Part shown: positions 25,771-38,731 of the stretch, piece after piece | Numbering within the stretch: position 1 is the stretch's first letter | How the letters are laid out: each line of letters opens with the position of its first letter | Assembly: GCA_964016885.1 (NCBI GenBank) | Contig: OZ024753.1 | Coordinates: 13,516,001 to 13,580,000, forward strand | Reading direction: 5' to 3' | Source of the DNA: Eledone cirrhosa | Taxonomy: Eukaryota | DNA: 64,000 bases | The notes under the pieces: generated by a model | Told to the model about the DNA's origin: nothing | What the model saw: the letters and a program-made list of their open reading frames with translations, nothing else | Databases searched by the model: none | Made by a program: the position numbers and the translations under genes

Positions 25771-27540
25771 CTTCAGCAATTCTGAGCATGAAAAAATATT
25801 TCCGAAAATTATGGGAGCTGTGCTGTTTTCTGACTTTGTAGGCATGCCCACGGGTGTTAGACACATGGAAATCAAAAAGGAGCTCAGAGTTGTTGTTGCA
25901 AGATGGTTAATAATTTTGTGGGTGTTTACCAAGTCAGTTGCCAGATGTCGGAGCTTCAATGTATCCTTACCCAGGGAAGCAAGACGTTCAGATTATGGTA
26001 GATGTCTGATGGAGGGTATTCGCTTGGTTGCACGTCCCTGAACAGTTTCCAGGAGGTCAATGTTCGAAGCAAGATAGGGGTTCCAGACAGGTGATGCAAA
26101 TTCTAAGTGTGGCTGCACCATAGCTATATAGAGTTTTAAATAGATAGCTGGAGACCGGTTGACAAAGGTCTTGCTGAGTGATGCCAAAGCACTCTCAGAC
26201 TTCTTGACAATTTTAGAGATGTGCTTTGTCCAACGCAAATCGCATTGACAGTAATGCCCAGAAGACTTCTTGATATTAGTGTTGTGGAGGAAGTATGTGG
26301 ATGCTGGGTTTTTCCTCCTAAAATGCATGGTGGTACACTTGTCCACAGCTAGCTTGAGTTGCCAGTCCGTGATCCATTGTTGCATTGTGTCCAGGTCTAT
26401 TACAGGAAATATCTATAGTGTTCAGGATTTGTCCTTTTTATCTCAAGCTACAGCTTGATGTCATCTGCATATTTCAGTACTGTGACATTCTTTAAGTTGG
26501 CATCTATGTCATTAATATATGCAACTAACAAAAGCAGACCAAGAACAGGTCCCTGTGGTACACCAGATAACATCTTAGATGGTGAGGAATGCTGTCCTAG
26601 AACCGCGACTACCTCTCTTCGACTGAGAATGAAGAACTTCAACCAGTTAAAAAGATCATCCTTCACACCCATTGCAGAGAGTTTTGCCAAAAGTCTGTTG
26701 TGTGGCACAGAATTAAAAGCTTTAGCAAAGTCAAGGTAAACAACATCCACCCATGAACCGCTAGCAGTGATCCGGGTGATGTCTTCAAGAAATACGCTAA
26801 GTTGATCACAGCAACTAGTAAGACTGACTGAACGATAGTTGACAGGCGACGTGAGGTCATCCTTTTTGAACAGAGGAATGACACTGGCAGTTTTCCACTG
26901 CTCCGGAGTAGCACCGTTGTTAAGACAGAATTGAAAGAAGAGTGAATGCTGGTGCAGAAGGAAGTACCCTCAATGTTTGAGAAGCAGGTATGTAACACCA
27001 TCAAGACCATGAGAGGCATGGTTGCATTTATTCTTAAGGTGACGTCGCAGCATGGCAGGTGTAACTTCCATAGTTGTAATAGAATTTGATGACAGAGGTG
27101 GTGGAGATGGTATGTTTTGGTTTTCAACAGTGAAAATGCCTGCATAGCATTCAGCAATGAGTTCTGCACATTCCTTGGGGTCGTCAGTAACCTGGCTTGT
27201 GTGGGGATTGCGAAGAGGGCCAAATGAAGAGTGAGGTCTCTGCTTTGAATGTACATAATTCCAGAACACCTTACTGTCAGGGCTGGTTGCTATACGCTGT
27301 TCAAATTCAAGCACTGCCTTTTTTGTCACCTTCTTGAGATGGTTGGATGATTTATTTCGCTTTTTTCTATTGATATCTGATTTATGCAGTTTGTATGACG
27401 TTCTTTCCTGGCAAGTCGGAACGCTGCAGTCTTCCAAATTGCAGTTTCGGATGTTTTTTTCTGAACATGTGGCACTGATGCTGCACATGCTGTTCATATT
27501 GAGTTCAGGATGTTCTGAAGTATAATGTTCACATATCCAG
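25771..27540 (-). pseudogene. Frameshifted reverse transcriptase ORF2 of the CR1/L2-group LINE
   Basis: Fragments [65 protein letters not shown] in different frames. Confidence 0.9.
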
Positions 27541-27831
27541 AGACGTAAAATTCAAGCCAGTCCTGACTATCGATAGTTTCGCTTGTACTTTGTGGAAATG
27601 TCTAATCATTGCATTATCCGTGAGGCTTTGAGTTTTTCAAGAGACTCCCTCGGTTAGAACCGAAATTTCCAAAACGTTTCACGTAAATCGAAGCACGGGT
27701 TCCCAAGATATGGGGTTTCCTGGGTATCTTCATAAACAGAGAGAGAGAGAAAGATACATAGAAAGAGATAGTGGTTGAGAGAGTAGATTGAAAGAGAGAC
27801 TTAGAGAGAGGGAGGAGTGACAGAGAAGGAG

Positions 27832-27863
<32 letters not shown>

Positions 27864-27961
27864 CTGGTGGTGTTGTGTATATATATATATATATATATGT
27901 GTGTGTCTATGACCAGTGTATATAGATCACAGACACACACACACGCACACACATATATATA

Positions 27962-28200
27962 TCATTATCATCATCATCATCGTTTAATGTCTATCTTCCA
28001 CGCTAGCATGGGTTTAGACAGGAATTGTCCCACTTGAGGTAAGATTGGTCATCTCACTCGTATAGGACTGTCTGGCAGGTTTTCTATGGCTGGATGCCCT
28101 TCCTAACACCAACCACGTTTACAGTGTGGACTGGGAGCCTTTTTACCGTGTTACCTACACAGCCACATTATAGCGTGGACTGTGTGTTTTTTGTCGTGTG
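27962..28200 (-). mobile_element. RTE LINE 3'-UTR fragment with (GAT)n tail
   Basis: (cat)n, then gctagcatgggtttagac..ggatgcccttcctaacaccaaccac; homologous to 34773-35010. Confidence 0.8.
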
Positions 28201-28310
28201 TGTGTATACATAGAGATGTCAACATGAATGGACCTGTTATTTTTATCTAAAGACATTTTTTTCCAATTCCATCCTGCCCGCCCCCTCAATCTATTTTATT
28301 TCTCATTCTT

Positions 28311-28346
28311 TCTTCTGATGAAGGACTAGCGTCCGAAACGTGAAGA
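28311..28346 (+). ncRNA. Minimal hammerhead ribozyme-like motif, probably inactive (GUG at the cleavage triplet)
   Basis: tctt-CTGATGA-a-ggac-tagc-gtcc-GAAA-cgTG-aaga: stems I and II pair, stem III is reduced as in Penelope-type minimal HHRs. Confidence 0.55.
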
Positions 28347-28454
28347 CCCTGTTCCTGCTATTTCAAGCGTTAACCTAATATATACCTTCCATATACTGTA
28401 CCGATTGTGTTGTTATTTCTGTTTACCTTTTACATATATATATATATATATATT

Positions 28455-28703
28455 CATCATCATCATCATCATTTTACGTCCGCTTTTCCCTGCTTGCAAG
28501 GGTGGGACGGGAACTGATTCTGGCTTGATTTCTACAGCTGGATGCCCTTCCTAACACCAACTTCATTTACAGTGAGTGCTGGGTGCTTTTTTGCCGTGGC
28601 ACCTCCACGACCACTTTGCAGTGGAATGATATGGACCCCAGTCCTATCATCTCATTTCTACAGCTGAGTAAACTGGAGCAACGTGAAATAAAGTCTCTTG
28701 CTC
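28455..28703 (-). mobile_element. 5'-truncated CORE-type SINE with RTE-like tail
   Basis: Matches 30851-31105 (ctcatttctacagctgagtaaactggagcaa..ataaagt..cttgctca). Confidence 0.75.
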
Positions 28704-28764
28704 ATATATATATATATATGTATACACACACATTTATATATACATACATACATACACACACATA

Positions 28765-28902
28765 TATATATGGGCCTTCCAGTTTCATTTCACATTATAT
28801 ACTGCATATATTTTAATAATTTAAAAATTATTTTTAAATGAACATAATTCTTTTTTTATATTTTGAAGTGAACATGACCTAATGGGTGACGGGGGGTCTA
28901 GT
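28765..28902 (+). repeat. Dispersed repeat (second copy ~47700-47810) ending in hairpin + CTAG-T; Helitron-like 3' end
   Basis: Both copies share ccttccagtttcatttcacattatata..gtgaacatga..ggg..CTAGtatcttat. Confidence 0.5.
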
Positions 28903-29089
28903 ATCTTATATAAATGTTGATAGTTATACTTATCTAGCCTCTCATATTATGATCCGCCTAATGTTCTTGTGATAAAGTTTTGATATCTACTTCGATGATT
29001 CCGGTATAGAGCTAGGATGAAGCGTAAGTGATTAAATGTTTAAACACTCATTGATTGTCATTTACATTGTATTTATATTGTCTATTGTA

Positions 29090-29104
29090 TTATATATATA
29101 CATA

Positions 29105-29194
<90 letters not shown>

Positions 29195-29195
29195 A

Positions 29196-29265
<70 letters not shown>
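29090..29265. repeat. (TA)n microsatellite
   Basis: Direct inspection. Confidence 0.95.
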
Positions 29266-29268
<3 letters not shown>

Positions 29269-29446
29269 TAAAATAACAGATTAAAGTTCAAGCAAAGAAT
29301 CGCTGCTTTCACCCTTAACGGGATCTTCTGAAACTAAAAAAATCAACGCAGAAGTAAATATTTCAAAAAACGTTGAAATCGAAGGAAGACAATATATATT
29401 TATTAAAATTACAACTTTAATCTGATATTTTAATAAATATTTGCTC

Positions 29447-29909
29447 GAAGGCTAGAATTTACTTAATGATTATAGTTCTGTGGTGGTCCGTGCAGTATTG
29501 TGGATATCATATGTTGAAAGATAAGTTATGTCGGTTTGATTCACGGAGGCTTAAATCTTGTGTATTTAGTGGCAATCCTGTGTCTGCAGAAAATTGATCT
29601 TTCTATCTTGTTGTTGAGTAGCCTTTTTACATTCCTAAGGATATATAATAATTCAAGATCACAGAGCCTACAGTGGGACATACCGGTACTGTAAGCCCTT
29701 GCGGCCCACAACTTCGACCAGTTGATATTGTAGTTGGTGTTATTGTCCTTAAGTTCCCAGACTTTTTTGGCGACACAGGATCACCACTAAATTCACAAGA
29801 TTTAAGCCTCCGTGAATTGAACCGACGTAACTTAGCTTTCAACATATAATATCCACAATATTGCACGGACCACCACAGAACTATAATCATTAAGTAAATT
29901 CTAGCCTTC
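29447..29909. repeat. Inverted repeat, ~138-bp arms (29447-29584 / 29772-29909), ~190-bp spacer
   Basis: gaaggctagaatttacttaatgattatagttctgtggtggtccgtgca.. is the reverse complement of ..tgcacggaccaccacagaactataatcattaagtaaattctagccttc. Confidence 0.85.
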
Positions 29910-30469
29910 CTAATTCTATTCCACAGTAATGTCTGCAAGTATCTTATCAACCCATAAATATATCCCTTCTCAGCTGCTGTCAACACAACTTCCTCACCCT
30001 TGACTCTCAACATATGAACCTAAATCCAAGAACATTTCAGAATACTACTACAGTAAAATATCACCTTCCTCCTGTTATAACTGTAGTCAGCATGTTTTCT
30101 CTTTATATATATATATACAGAGGTTAAGGAGGCAATATATATATATATATATATTGCCTCCTTAACCTCTGTATTAACTTACCTATTATATTGCTACTCT
30201 GCTAATGTTATCTTATACATGTATGTTATTGATGATGTGAAAGCTAAACAACCCCATGATTCGAACTAACAACCCCTTCATCTAATATAGACCACATAAA
30301 TATTGAACCCACCTCACACCACAAATATTACTATCCTCACTACAATGATAAATATTTCATCTGTCAGATAATAAATAATTCTTACGGTCACCAGACCTAC
30401 AGTAAAGGAAACGGTACATTGTTTAAAACCACTGGCTTATCCCTACACTATATATAATACACCGCATGA

Positions 30470-30840
30470 CAGCTTTTACATGTCAATTTCATACATCTCC
30501 CTCATATCAGCTAGTTTTACACGCTGCTAAAGTCGTAGATATACTATATTTCTTACCTAGATTGATGTTGTGATTATTTCAAATAATTTATTGCTAGCAT
30601 TGTTAGTATTGTTGTTATTGTTCTCATTGAATGCCATTACTATATATAGAAGCCATGCCTGTATATTCTCTTCATTCTCACAAGCTCTGATGAATTGACT
30701 GGTTACAACTAAGTATTGGTGATCGAATGACGTGAAAACAAGCGGGTAGTGATCTCTAGACCTACCAGTTCAGAGAAACAAATGAGATTAAAAACCTTTT
30801 TTGTATAGCAAACCGTGTCACTCTTCTTTCCTGATTTATA
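30470..30840 (+). repeat. ~370-bp dispersed repeat carrying a long-stem-II hammerhead motif (30677-30786, stem III deleted); inverted copy at ~40463-40830
   Basis: gctCTGATGAattgactggt..accagttcagaGAAACa; homology to the reverse complement of 40463-40830. Confidence 0.75.
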
Positions 30841-30850
30841 TATATATATA

Positions 30851-32032
<1,182 letters not shown>

Positions 32033-32034
<2 letters not shown>

Positions 32035-34557
32035 CTCTTTTACTCTTTTACTCTTTTACCTGTTTCAGCCATCCGGCTGAGGCCATGCTGGGGCACCGCC
32101 CTTGCTCCTACACACTTTATCTCCAGCCTGTATAGGTTGGCCACTGGTGTAGGAGGGAGTTTGTTGCTGCTGCCCTTAGGTTTCCCTCGTGTCTTGCTGT
32201 GGGCTCATCCGGGATCCTGGATAACAAGGTGTCGAGATGATTCTTAAAGACATCCACCTCCACGTCATGCAAGTCTCGCAGATGCCTCGACAGCCTGTTG
32301 AAGAGTTGAGGGCCCTTGAATCCCAGGCTATTGCAATACCTGCTCCTTATTCTAGATGTGGAAGACGGGACCTTTGGCACCACACAGTGACGTCCTGTTC
32401 GACGGTTGGTCCAGCTCCCAATGCCAAAGTTTGGTGCTAGTCCCTCCAGGATTTTCCACATGTAGATCACTGCGTATCTCTCCCGTCTTCGCTCCAAGGA
32501 GTAGAGGTTCAGTTCCTTCAGCCTCTCCCAGTAGCTTGTCTCCCTCATCTTGGCAATCCTCTTGGTGTAGCTTCGCTGGATTGCCTCAAGCTCTGTGGTT
32601 AGTTTGACACTATGGGGTGACCACAGCTGGGAGCAGTAGTCCAGGCGGCTTAGGACAAAAGTCCTCCACAGTGTCAACATGGTGTCTCGATCTCTTGTAA
32701 GGAAAGTCCTCAAGATCCAGCCAGCGAATCGTCTACATGCTGTCGCCACCTTCATGATGTGTGAAGAAAAAGATGCATCATCGCTCATGTCTATGCCCAG
32801 GTCTCGTATCGATTTTGACACGGGGATATCGGTCCCTCCTGGTCCTGTGTAGCTGTGTTCCGCTATATTTGTGTTTGTGTTTGCAGGTTTGTATTGTAGG
32901 GCTTGGAATTTGCCAGCATTAAACTGCATGTTGTTTTCTTCCGCCCATCTGTATATGGCATCCAGATCCTGCTGTAAGAGGGCAGTGTCAGCCGGGTTTT
33001 TGATTGCCTGTGCTACCTTAGTGTCATCAGCATAGCTAGTGAGGGATGTTGTTGCATGCACCACAGAGGGCATGTCCGAGAGAGCCACCAAAAACAGTAG
33101 TGGTCCCAGGACTGTCCCCTGAGGCACCCCACTTGTTATCGGTGTTTCTCTCGAGAGGGCCCCATTTGCTGCGACTGCCTGGCTTCTGTCCCTCAGGAAG
33201 CCATGCAGCCACTCACCTACTTTTCCAGTTATGCCGAGTCCGTGTAGTTTGTGACATATCATTCCGTGGTCGACCTTGTCAAAGGCCTTCGCAAAGTCAA
33301 GATATATCACGTCTACATGTGAGCTGTCTAGTAGCTGTCTCAGTACCCAGTCGTAGTGATGTAGCAGCTGTGTAAGGCAGCTTCTTCCTGGGCGGAAGCC
33401 ATGTTGCGTGCTAGTCAGGCGGTCATTTTCTTCGAGGAAAGTGATTAGTTTCTTTCTGACGACTCGCTCCATGACCTTACTGATATGCGACGTCAGGGAG
33501 ACTGGCCTATAGTTCTTGGCCTCCGCTCTACTACCTCCTTTATGGATAGGGCATATTGTGCCTTCTTTCAGCTCCCTGGGTAGTACACCGCTAGCCAAGG
33601 AGCTTCTGAAGAGCATCTTCAGTGGAGTTGCTAAGGCCCGCTTACATATTTTTAGGAGAACTGCTGGGAATCCATCAGGTCCAGCAGCCGAGTCTGTTCT
33701 AATTTCATCAATGGCGTACACCACATCCTCCTCCGTTATGTCTATGTGGTTGATGGTTGCCATTTCTTGATGTAGTGTTGTGGCATCAAAGAACTCCTCT
33801 GGCTTCGTTATTTGCATGTGCCTCAGTGGACATGTGAAGACACTTTTGTACTGTTCGTTCAGTATTTCACATATCTCTTGGGGATTTTCGGTTAATGAAC
33901 CGTCCGTGTGGAAGAGTGGTCCAATCTTGCAGTGTACTGAGGCAGTTTCTTTTGCAAATTTAAAGAAGGCCTTAGGGTTTGTTTTAATGTTTTCTATGGC
34001 CCTGTTCTCTTTCCTTGCCCTCTCATTCTCATGTGAAAGCTTGAGTGCAATCTCGGTGTCAAGTAGTGCACGTTTCAAATAGGATTCCTTCTTGTTTTGG
34101 TTTTGTTGATTATTCAACTGGTTTGAGAGTTTAGTTCTACGCCTCATATGGATTTTCCTATCTCTGGGAATAAGATTTTTGTGTCTGTTTGCCTCTTTCT
34201 CCGGGACACACTTTTTGCATATGGTGTGTATCGTTGTCATGAAGTGTTGAAATTGTGTGTTAGTGTCTTGTGTGGCGATGTTTGCACTCCATGTTTGCTT
34301 CCGGATTTCACTCTTAATCTTCTTCCAGTCAGCCCCGTAGAAGTTAAGGCTGGATAGCGTCCCGGAGCTTCTTGGTGGTTTTGTCTCTGTTGGTTCTCTT
34401 GGACCACATATCATTAGCTCTACCAAGTTATGATCCGAGAGAATTGTTGGTGTCACCTTTACATTGTGGATGAGCACTTCGTTGTTTGTAAAACAGAGGT
34501 CCAGGACATTTTCGCCTCTTGTTGGGAGGAGTATTGCTTGCTCCATGAACAGCCTGT
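32033..34557 (-). mobile_element. 5'-truncated CR1/L2-group LINE inserted in a TA microsatellite, with (GAGTAAAA)n tail
   Basis: Open ORF2, short 3' UTR ggcggtgccccagcatggcc..gaaacaggtaaaagagtaaaagag, TA repeats on both sides. Confidence 0.9.
32117..34546 (-). CDS. LINE ORF2 (end of APE endonuclease + reverse transcriptase), 809 aa uninterrupted, N-terminally truncated
   Basis: [69 protein letters not shown] motifs. Confidence 0.92.
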   Translation of the reverse strand: MEQAILLPTRGENVLDLCFTNNEVLIHNVKVTPTILSDHNLVELMICGPREPTETKPPRSSGTLSSLNFYGADWKKIKSEIRKQTWSANIATQDTNTQFQHFMTTIHTICKKCVPEKEANRHKNLIPRDRKIHMRRRTKLSNQLNNQQNQNKKESYLKRALLDTEIALKLSHENERARKENRAIENIKTNPKAFFKFAKETASVHCKIGPLFHTDGSLTENPQEICEILNEQYKSVFTCPLRHMQITKPEEFFDATTLHQEMATINHIDITEEDVVYAIDEIRTDSAAGPDGFPAVLLKICKRALATPLKMLFRSSLASGVLPRELKEGTICPIHKGGSRAEAKNYRPVSLTSHISKVMERVVRKKLITFLEENDRLTSTQHGFRPGRSCLTQLLHHYDWVLRQLLDSSHVDVIYLDFAKAFDKVDHGMICHKLHGLGITGKVGEWLHGFLRDRSQAVAANGALSRETPITSGVPQGTVLGPLLFLVALSDMPSVVHATTSLTSYADDTKVAQAIKNPADTALLQQDLDAIYRWAEENNMQFNAGKFQALQYKPANTNTNIAEHSYTGPGGTDIPVSKSIRDLGIDMSDDASFSSHIMKVATACRRFAGWILRTFLTRDRDTMLTLWRTFVLSRLDYCSQLWSPHSVKLTTELEAIQRSYTKRIAKMRETSYWERLKELNLYSLERRRERYAVIYMWKILEGLAPNFGIGSWTNRRTGRHCVVPKVPSSTSRIRSRYCNSLGFKGPQLFNRLSRHLRDLHDVEVDVFKNHLDTLLSRIPDEPTARHEGNLRAAATNSLLHQWPTYTGWR

Positions 34558-34558
34558 G

Positions 34559-34609
<51 letters not shown>

Positions 34610-34634
34610 GTATGTATATATATATATATGTATG

Positions 34635-34667
<33 letters not shown>

Positions 34668-34772
34668 AAATATGTATATATGTATATATATAAATATGTA
34701 TATATGTATATATATATATATGTATATATATATATGTATGTATAAATATATATATATATGTATATGTATATA

Positions 34773-37022
34773 TCATCATCATCATCATCATCATCAACGT
34801 TTAACGTCCGTGTTCCACGCTTGCATGGGTTTGGACGGGGGTAGTCCCACTTGAGGCAAGAGTGATTGTCTTGCTCGCATAGGACTGTCTGGCAGGTTTT
34901 CTACAGTTGGATGCCCTTCCTAACACCAACCACATTTACAGTGTGGGTCTGGGAGGTTTTTACCGTGTTGCCTACACGGCCACATTACAGCGTGGACTGT
35001 GTGTTTTTTTTGTCGTGACACCTACACGATCTCATTTGTTTCGGCCTATGGCGCGGCACCAACATAACTTTACATAGAACGGGGTGGTGTGGATGGGGTG
35101 GGGGTGGTGGTGGTGGGACGGGGTGTATTTTGTTAGAGATGCCTAATGGTTGGAGTAGGTTTTACTATATATTTAGGTAAGGCGGGTCTTCTCTGTTACT
35201 GAGTACCGCCAAAGGTCTCGGTCCAGTGACATTGTCTTGGAGAGGTGTAAGTGTGTGATGTCGGAGTTTATCAGCTCGTCCCAGGTTTTTCTAGGTCTGC
35301 CTATTCCGTGACTACCGTCTATCTTTATTGCCCTGCACTTTGTTATACAGCTATCGACTTTCATGCGCATCACGTGTCCATACCAACGTAGCCTTCTCTC
35401 GAGTAAACAACATCTGATCCCTCTTATCTCTAATTTTTTCCTTAGTTCGTTTATGCTTTGCCGTTCACGTATATTACTGTTACACATCCAGCGGAGCATG
35501 CAAGCTTCGTTCCTCTCTAGTCTGCGTATATCCTCTGCACACAATGCCCAGGTCTCACTGCCATGCAGCATTGCTGTTCGTATGCAGGCATCGTACAACC
35601 TGCCTTTCATTTTTAGGGAGAACCCTTTAGCAGCTAATAGTGGTATAAGCTCTCTGAACTTTTTCCAACCAGTTCTGACTCTAGCTACAGTACTTTCAGA
35701 GCACCCTCCCCCACTGCTGATTTTATCGCCCAGGTAACGGAAGCTGTCCACTATTTCTATAGAACCCTCTGCGCAATTGAAAGAGCTAGTATTTTGTGGG
35801 CACTTGCTGCTACTTATTGCACCAGAACACCGGCCACATGTAAAATCTATGTTCTTAGTTAGCTTACCTGTGATCCCACTACATCTTTTATGCACCCATA
35901 CTTTGCATTTAGGACATAAAATGGAGTTTCTACCTACGCCTTTCCTACACACCGAGCACGACCATTTCCCAGAAGGGACCGCCGCCTTGTTTTCTTTCCT
36001 ACAAACTAGAACTTTGGTCTTAGCCAGGTTAATTTTAAGTCCTTTTGACTCTAGGCCGTGCTTCCATGTTTGTAATTTCTTCTCTAGCTCGGCCATTGAT
36101 TCCGCTATGAGTGTCAGGTCGTCTGCGTATAGGAGTTCCCATGGGCAGCCTGTCTTGAACTCCTCTGTTATAGCCTGAAGGGCAATAATAAATAGTAGGG
36201 GGCTGAGAACGGAGCCCTGATGGACGCCAACTTTTACGCTAAACTCTTCACTATATTCGTTGTTAATTCTAACCTTGCTGACTGTTTCTTTATACATGGC
36301 TTGTATAGCCCTCACAAGCCATTCGTCAACGCCTAGTTTTCTAAGAGCCCACCAGATAATGGAGCGGGGGACTCTGTCGAAGGCTTTCTCCAAGTCGAGA
36401 AAAGCTAAGTAGAGGGGTTTACCTTTAGCTAGGTACTTCTGCTGTAGTTGTCGTACTATGAAAAGAGCGTCTGTGGTACTTTTGCCTGACACAAACCCGA
36501 ACTGCATTTCATCTAGGTCGATTCTCTCTCTGATTAGTTGCGCTATTACTTTTTCCGTGACCTTCATGACCTGGTCGATTAATTTAATGCCTCTATAGTT
36601 ACTCCTATCTAGGGCGTCTCCTTTACCCTTATAACAGTTAACGATGATGCTGCTATGCCAGTCCTTCGGAACAACCCCATTCTGTACGACTTGGTTAACT
36701 ATGCGGGTGACCATGGTGTGTCCCACCGTGCCAGATGCCTTCAGCATCTCAGCAACTATTTCCGAAGGCCCAGCCGCCTTACCCGTCTTCATATCCTTGA
36801 TTGCCTTACTTATTATACTCCCCTCGACTAACACTGCTGGTCCCTCTATTGGGTCGATATGGGGGAGACTGTCTTTCTCCCATTTATTCTCCTCATTTAG
36901 TAGCCTTTCGTAGTGACACTTCCAAGCTACCTTCTTATCAGCGTCGGTGATGGCAAGTGTGCCATCGTCGTTTAGTACACACTTCTCCCCGACAATATCA
37001 CGGTTTTCCTTGACGCATTGCC
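34773..37022 (-). mobile_element. 5'-truncated RTE-clade LINE with 3' UTR and (GAT)n tail
   Basis: RT ORF 35173-36834 plus a GT-rich 3' UTR ending ..ggacgttaaacgttgatgatgat. Confidence 0.92.
35173..36834 (-). CDS. RTE reverse transcriptase (553 aa, truncated) containing a PHD-like C4HC3 finger
   Basis: NYRGIKL, QFGF, DLEKAFDRV, GVHQGSVLSP, YADD, CSVC..CPKC..WVHKRC..CGRC, FRYLG, RRLRWYGHV, GRPRKTW. Confidence 0.92.
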   Translation of the reverse strand: MLVEGSIISKAIKDMKTGKAAGPSEIVAEMLKASGTVGHTMVTRIVNQVVQNGVVPKDWHSSIIVNCYKGKGDALDRSNYRGIKLIDQVMKVTEKVIAQLIRERIDLDEMQFGFVSGKSTTDALFIVRQLQQKYLAKGKPLYLAFLDLEKAFDRVPRSIIWWALRKLGVDEWLVRAIQAMYKETVSKVRINNEYSEEFSVKVGVHQGSVLSPLLFIIALQAITEEFKTGCPWELLYADDLTLIAESMAELEKKLQTWKHGLESKGLKINLAKTKVLVCRKENKAAVPSGKWSCSVCRKGVGRNSILCPKCKVWVHKRCSGITGKLTKNIDFTCGRCSGAISSSKCPQNTSSFNCAEGSIEIVDSFRYLGDKISSGGGCSESTVARVRTGWKKFRELIPLLAAKGFSLKMKGRLYDACIRTAMLHGSETWALCAEDIRRLERNEACMLRWMCNSNIRERQSINELRKKLEIRGIRCCLLERRLRWYGHVMRMKVDSCITKCRAIKIDGSHGIGRPRKTWDELINSDITHLHLSKTMSLDRDLWRYSVTEKTRLT

Positions 37023-37239
37023 TTGTATATATATATATGTCTGTATGTGTGTGTGTGTGTGTGTGTAGATATGCTTGCGTGTGTGTGTATATATATATAT
37101 GAATATGTATATTATTATTGTTGTTGTCGTTATTATTATTATTGCTATTATTATTATTATTATTATTATTATTTTTATTTTTATTTTATTTTTTTTTCTT
37201 CTCGTGCAATGGCCATACTCGATAACGAGGGGGCAGGTG

Positions 37240-38291
37240 GTCGGTGTTCTGGGGCAATAAGTAGCAGCAAGTGCCCAAAAAATACTAGCTCTTTCAACTG
37301 CGCAGAGGGTTCTATAGAAATAGTGGACAGCTTCCGTTACCTGGGTGACAAAATCAGCAGTGGGGGAGGGTGCTCTGAAAGTACTGTAGCTAGAGTCAGA
37401 ACTGGGTGGAAAAAGTTCAGAGAGCTTATACCACTATTAGCCGCTAAAGGGTTCTCCCTAAAAACGAAAGGCAGGTTGTACGATGCCTGCATACGAACAG
37501 CAATGTTGCATGGCAGTGAGACCTGGGCATTGTGTGCAGAGGATATACGCAGACTAGAGAGAAACGAAGCTTGCATGCTCCGCTGGATGTGTAATAGTAA
37601 TATACGTGAACGACAAAGCATAAACGAACTAAGGAAAAAATTAGAAATAAGAGGGATCAGATGTTGTTTACTCGAGAGAAGACTACGTTGGTATGGTCAC
37701 GTGATGCGCATGAAGGACGATAGTTGTATAACAAAGTGCAGGGCAATAAAGATAGACGGTAGCCACGGAATAGGCAGACCCAGAAAAACCTGGGACGAGC
37801 TGATAAACTCCGACCTCACACATTTACACCTCACCAAGACAATGTCACTGGACCGAGACCTTTGGCGGTACTCAGTAATAGAGAAGACCCGCCTTACCTA
37901 AATACAAAGTAAAACCTACTACAGTCAGTAGGCATCTCTAACAAAATACACCCCGTCCCACCACCCCCACCCCATCCACACCGCCCCCTTCTATGTAAAG
38001 TTATGTTGGTGCCACACCATCCAGGCCGAAACAAATGAGATCGTGTAGGTGTCATGACAAAAAAACACACAGTCCACGCTGTAATGTGGCCGTGTAGGCA
38101 ACACGGTAAAAACCTCCCAGACCCACACTGTAAATGTGGTTGGTGTTAGGAAGGGCATCCAACTGTAGAAAACCTGCCAGACAGTCCTATGCGAGCAAGA
38201 CAATCACTCTTGCCTCAAGTGGGAAAACCCCCGTCCAAACCCATGCAAGCGTGGAACACGGACGTTAAACGTTGATGATGATGATGATGAT
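37240..38291 (+). mobile_element. Second 5'-truncated copy of the same RTE family, inverted relative to 34773-35834
   Basis: Translation GRCSGAISSSKCP..EKTRLT is nearly identical to the 35173 ORF C-terminus; same 3' UTR and (GAT)n tail. Confidence 0.92.
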
Positions 38292-38320
38292 GTATGTATA
38301 TATATATATATATATGTATG

Positions 38321-38351
<31 letters not shown>

Positions 38352-38375
38352 ATATATATGTACGTGCATATATAT

Positions 38376-38429
<54 letters not shown>

Positions 38430-38731
38430 ACATATATGTATGTGTATATATGTATATGTATGTGTATATATGTATATATATATGTACGTGTATATATGTA
38501 TATATATATATATGTGTATATATATATGTGTATATATATATGTGTGTGTATATATATATATATATGTATGTGTATATATATATATATGTGTGTGTGTATT
38601 GAAGTGAAAACCAACAGGTGCATGTGTTTTTATTGACAACATGACCCTCCCAAAGTATAACAATATCTGTTTTAACAGACGTTTTCAGAAATCTTGCAAA
38701 ACAAATTCAAAGACGAAGTATATATATATAT

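Larger units (their letters stand above)
3268..27540 (-). mobile_element. Single 5'-truncated, decayed CR1/L2-group LINE copy interrupted near the ORF2 C-terminus by a 22-kb tandem array
   Basis: RT body at 25771-27540; ORF2 end (LPEIRQHCT*), 3' UTR, gcacctgagcac end motif and (TTA)n tail at 3268-3470 on the same strand; the sequence is colinear across the array. Confidence 0.85.

Noticed and set aside
29300-29345. Further hammerhead-like relics (also near 27670-27735 and 42380-42415)
   Set aside because: Two or more core mismatches and no convincing stem I; could be chance.
37023-37239. N-terminal extension of the 292-aa ORF
   Set aside because: Microsatellite (TG, TAT) read-through fused by chance in frame to a truncated RTE.
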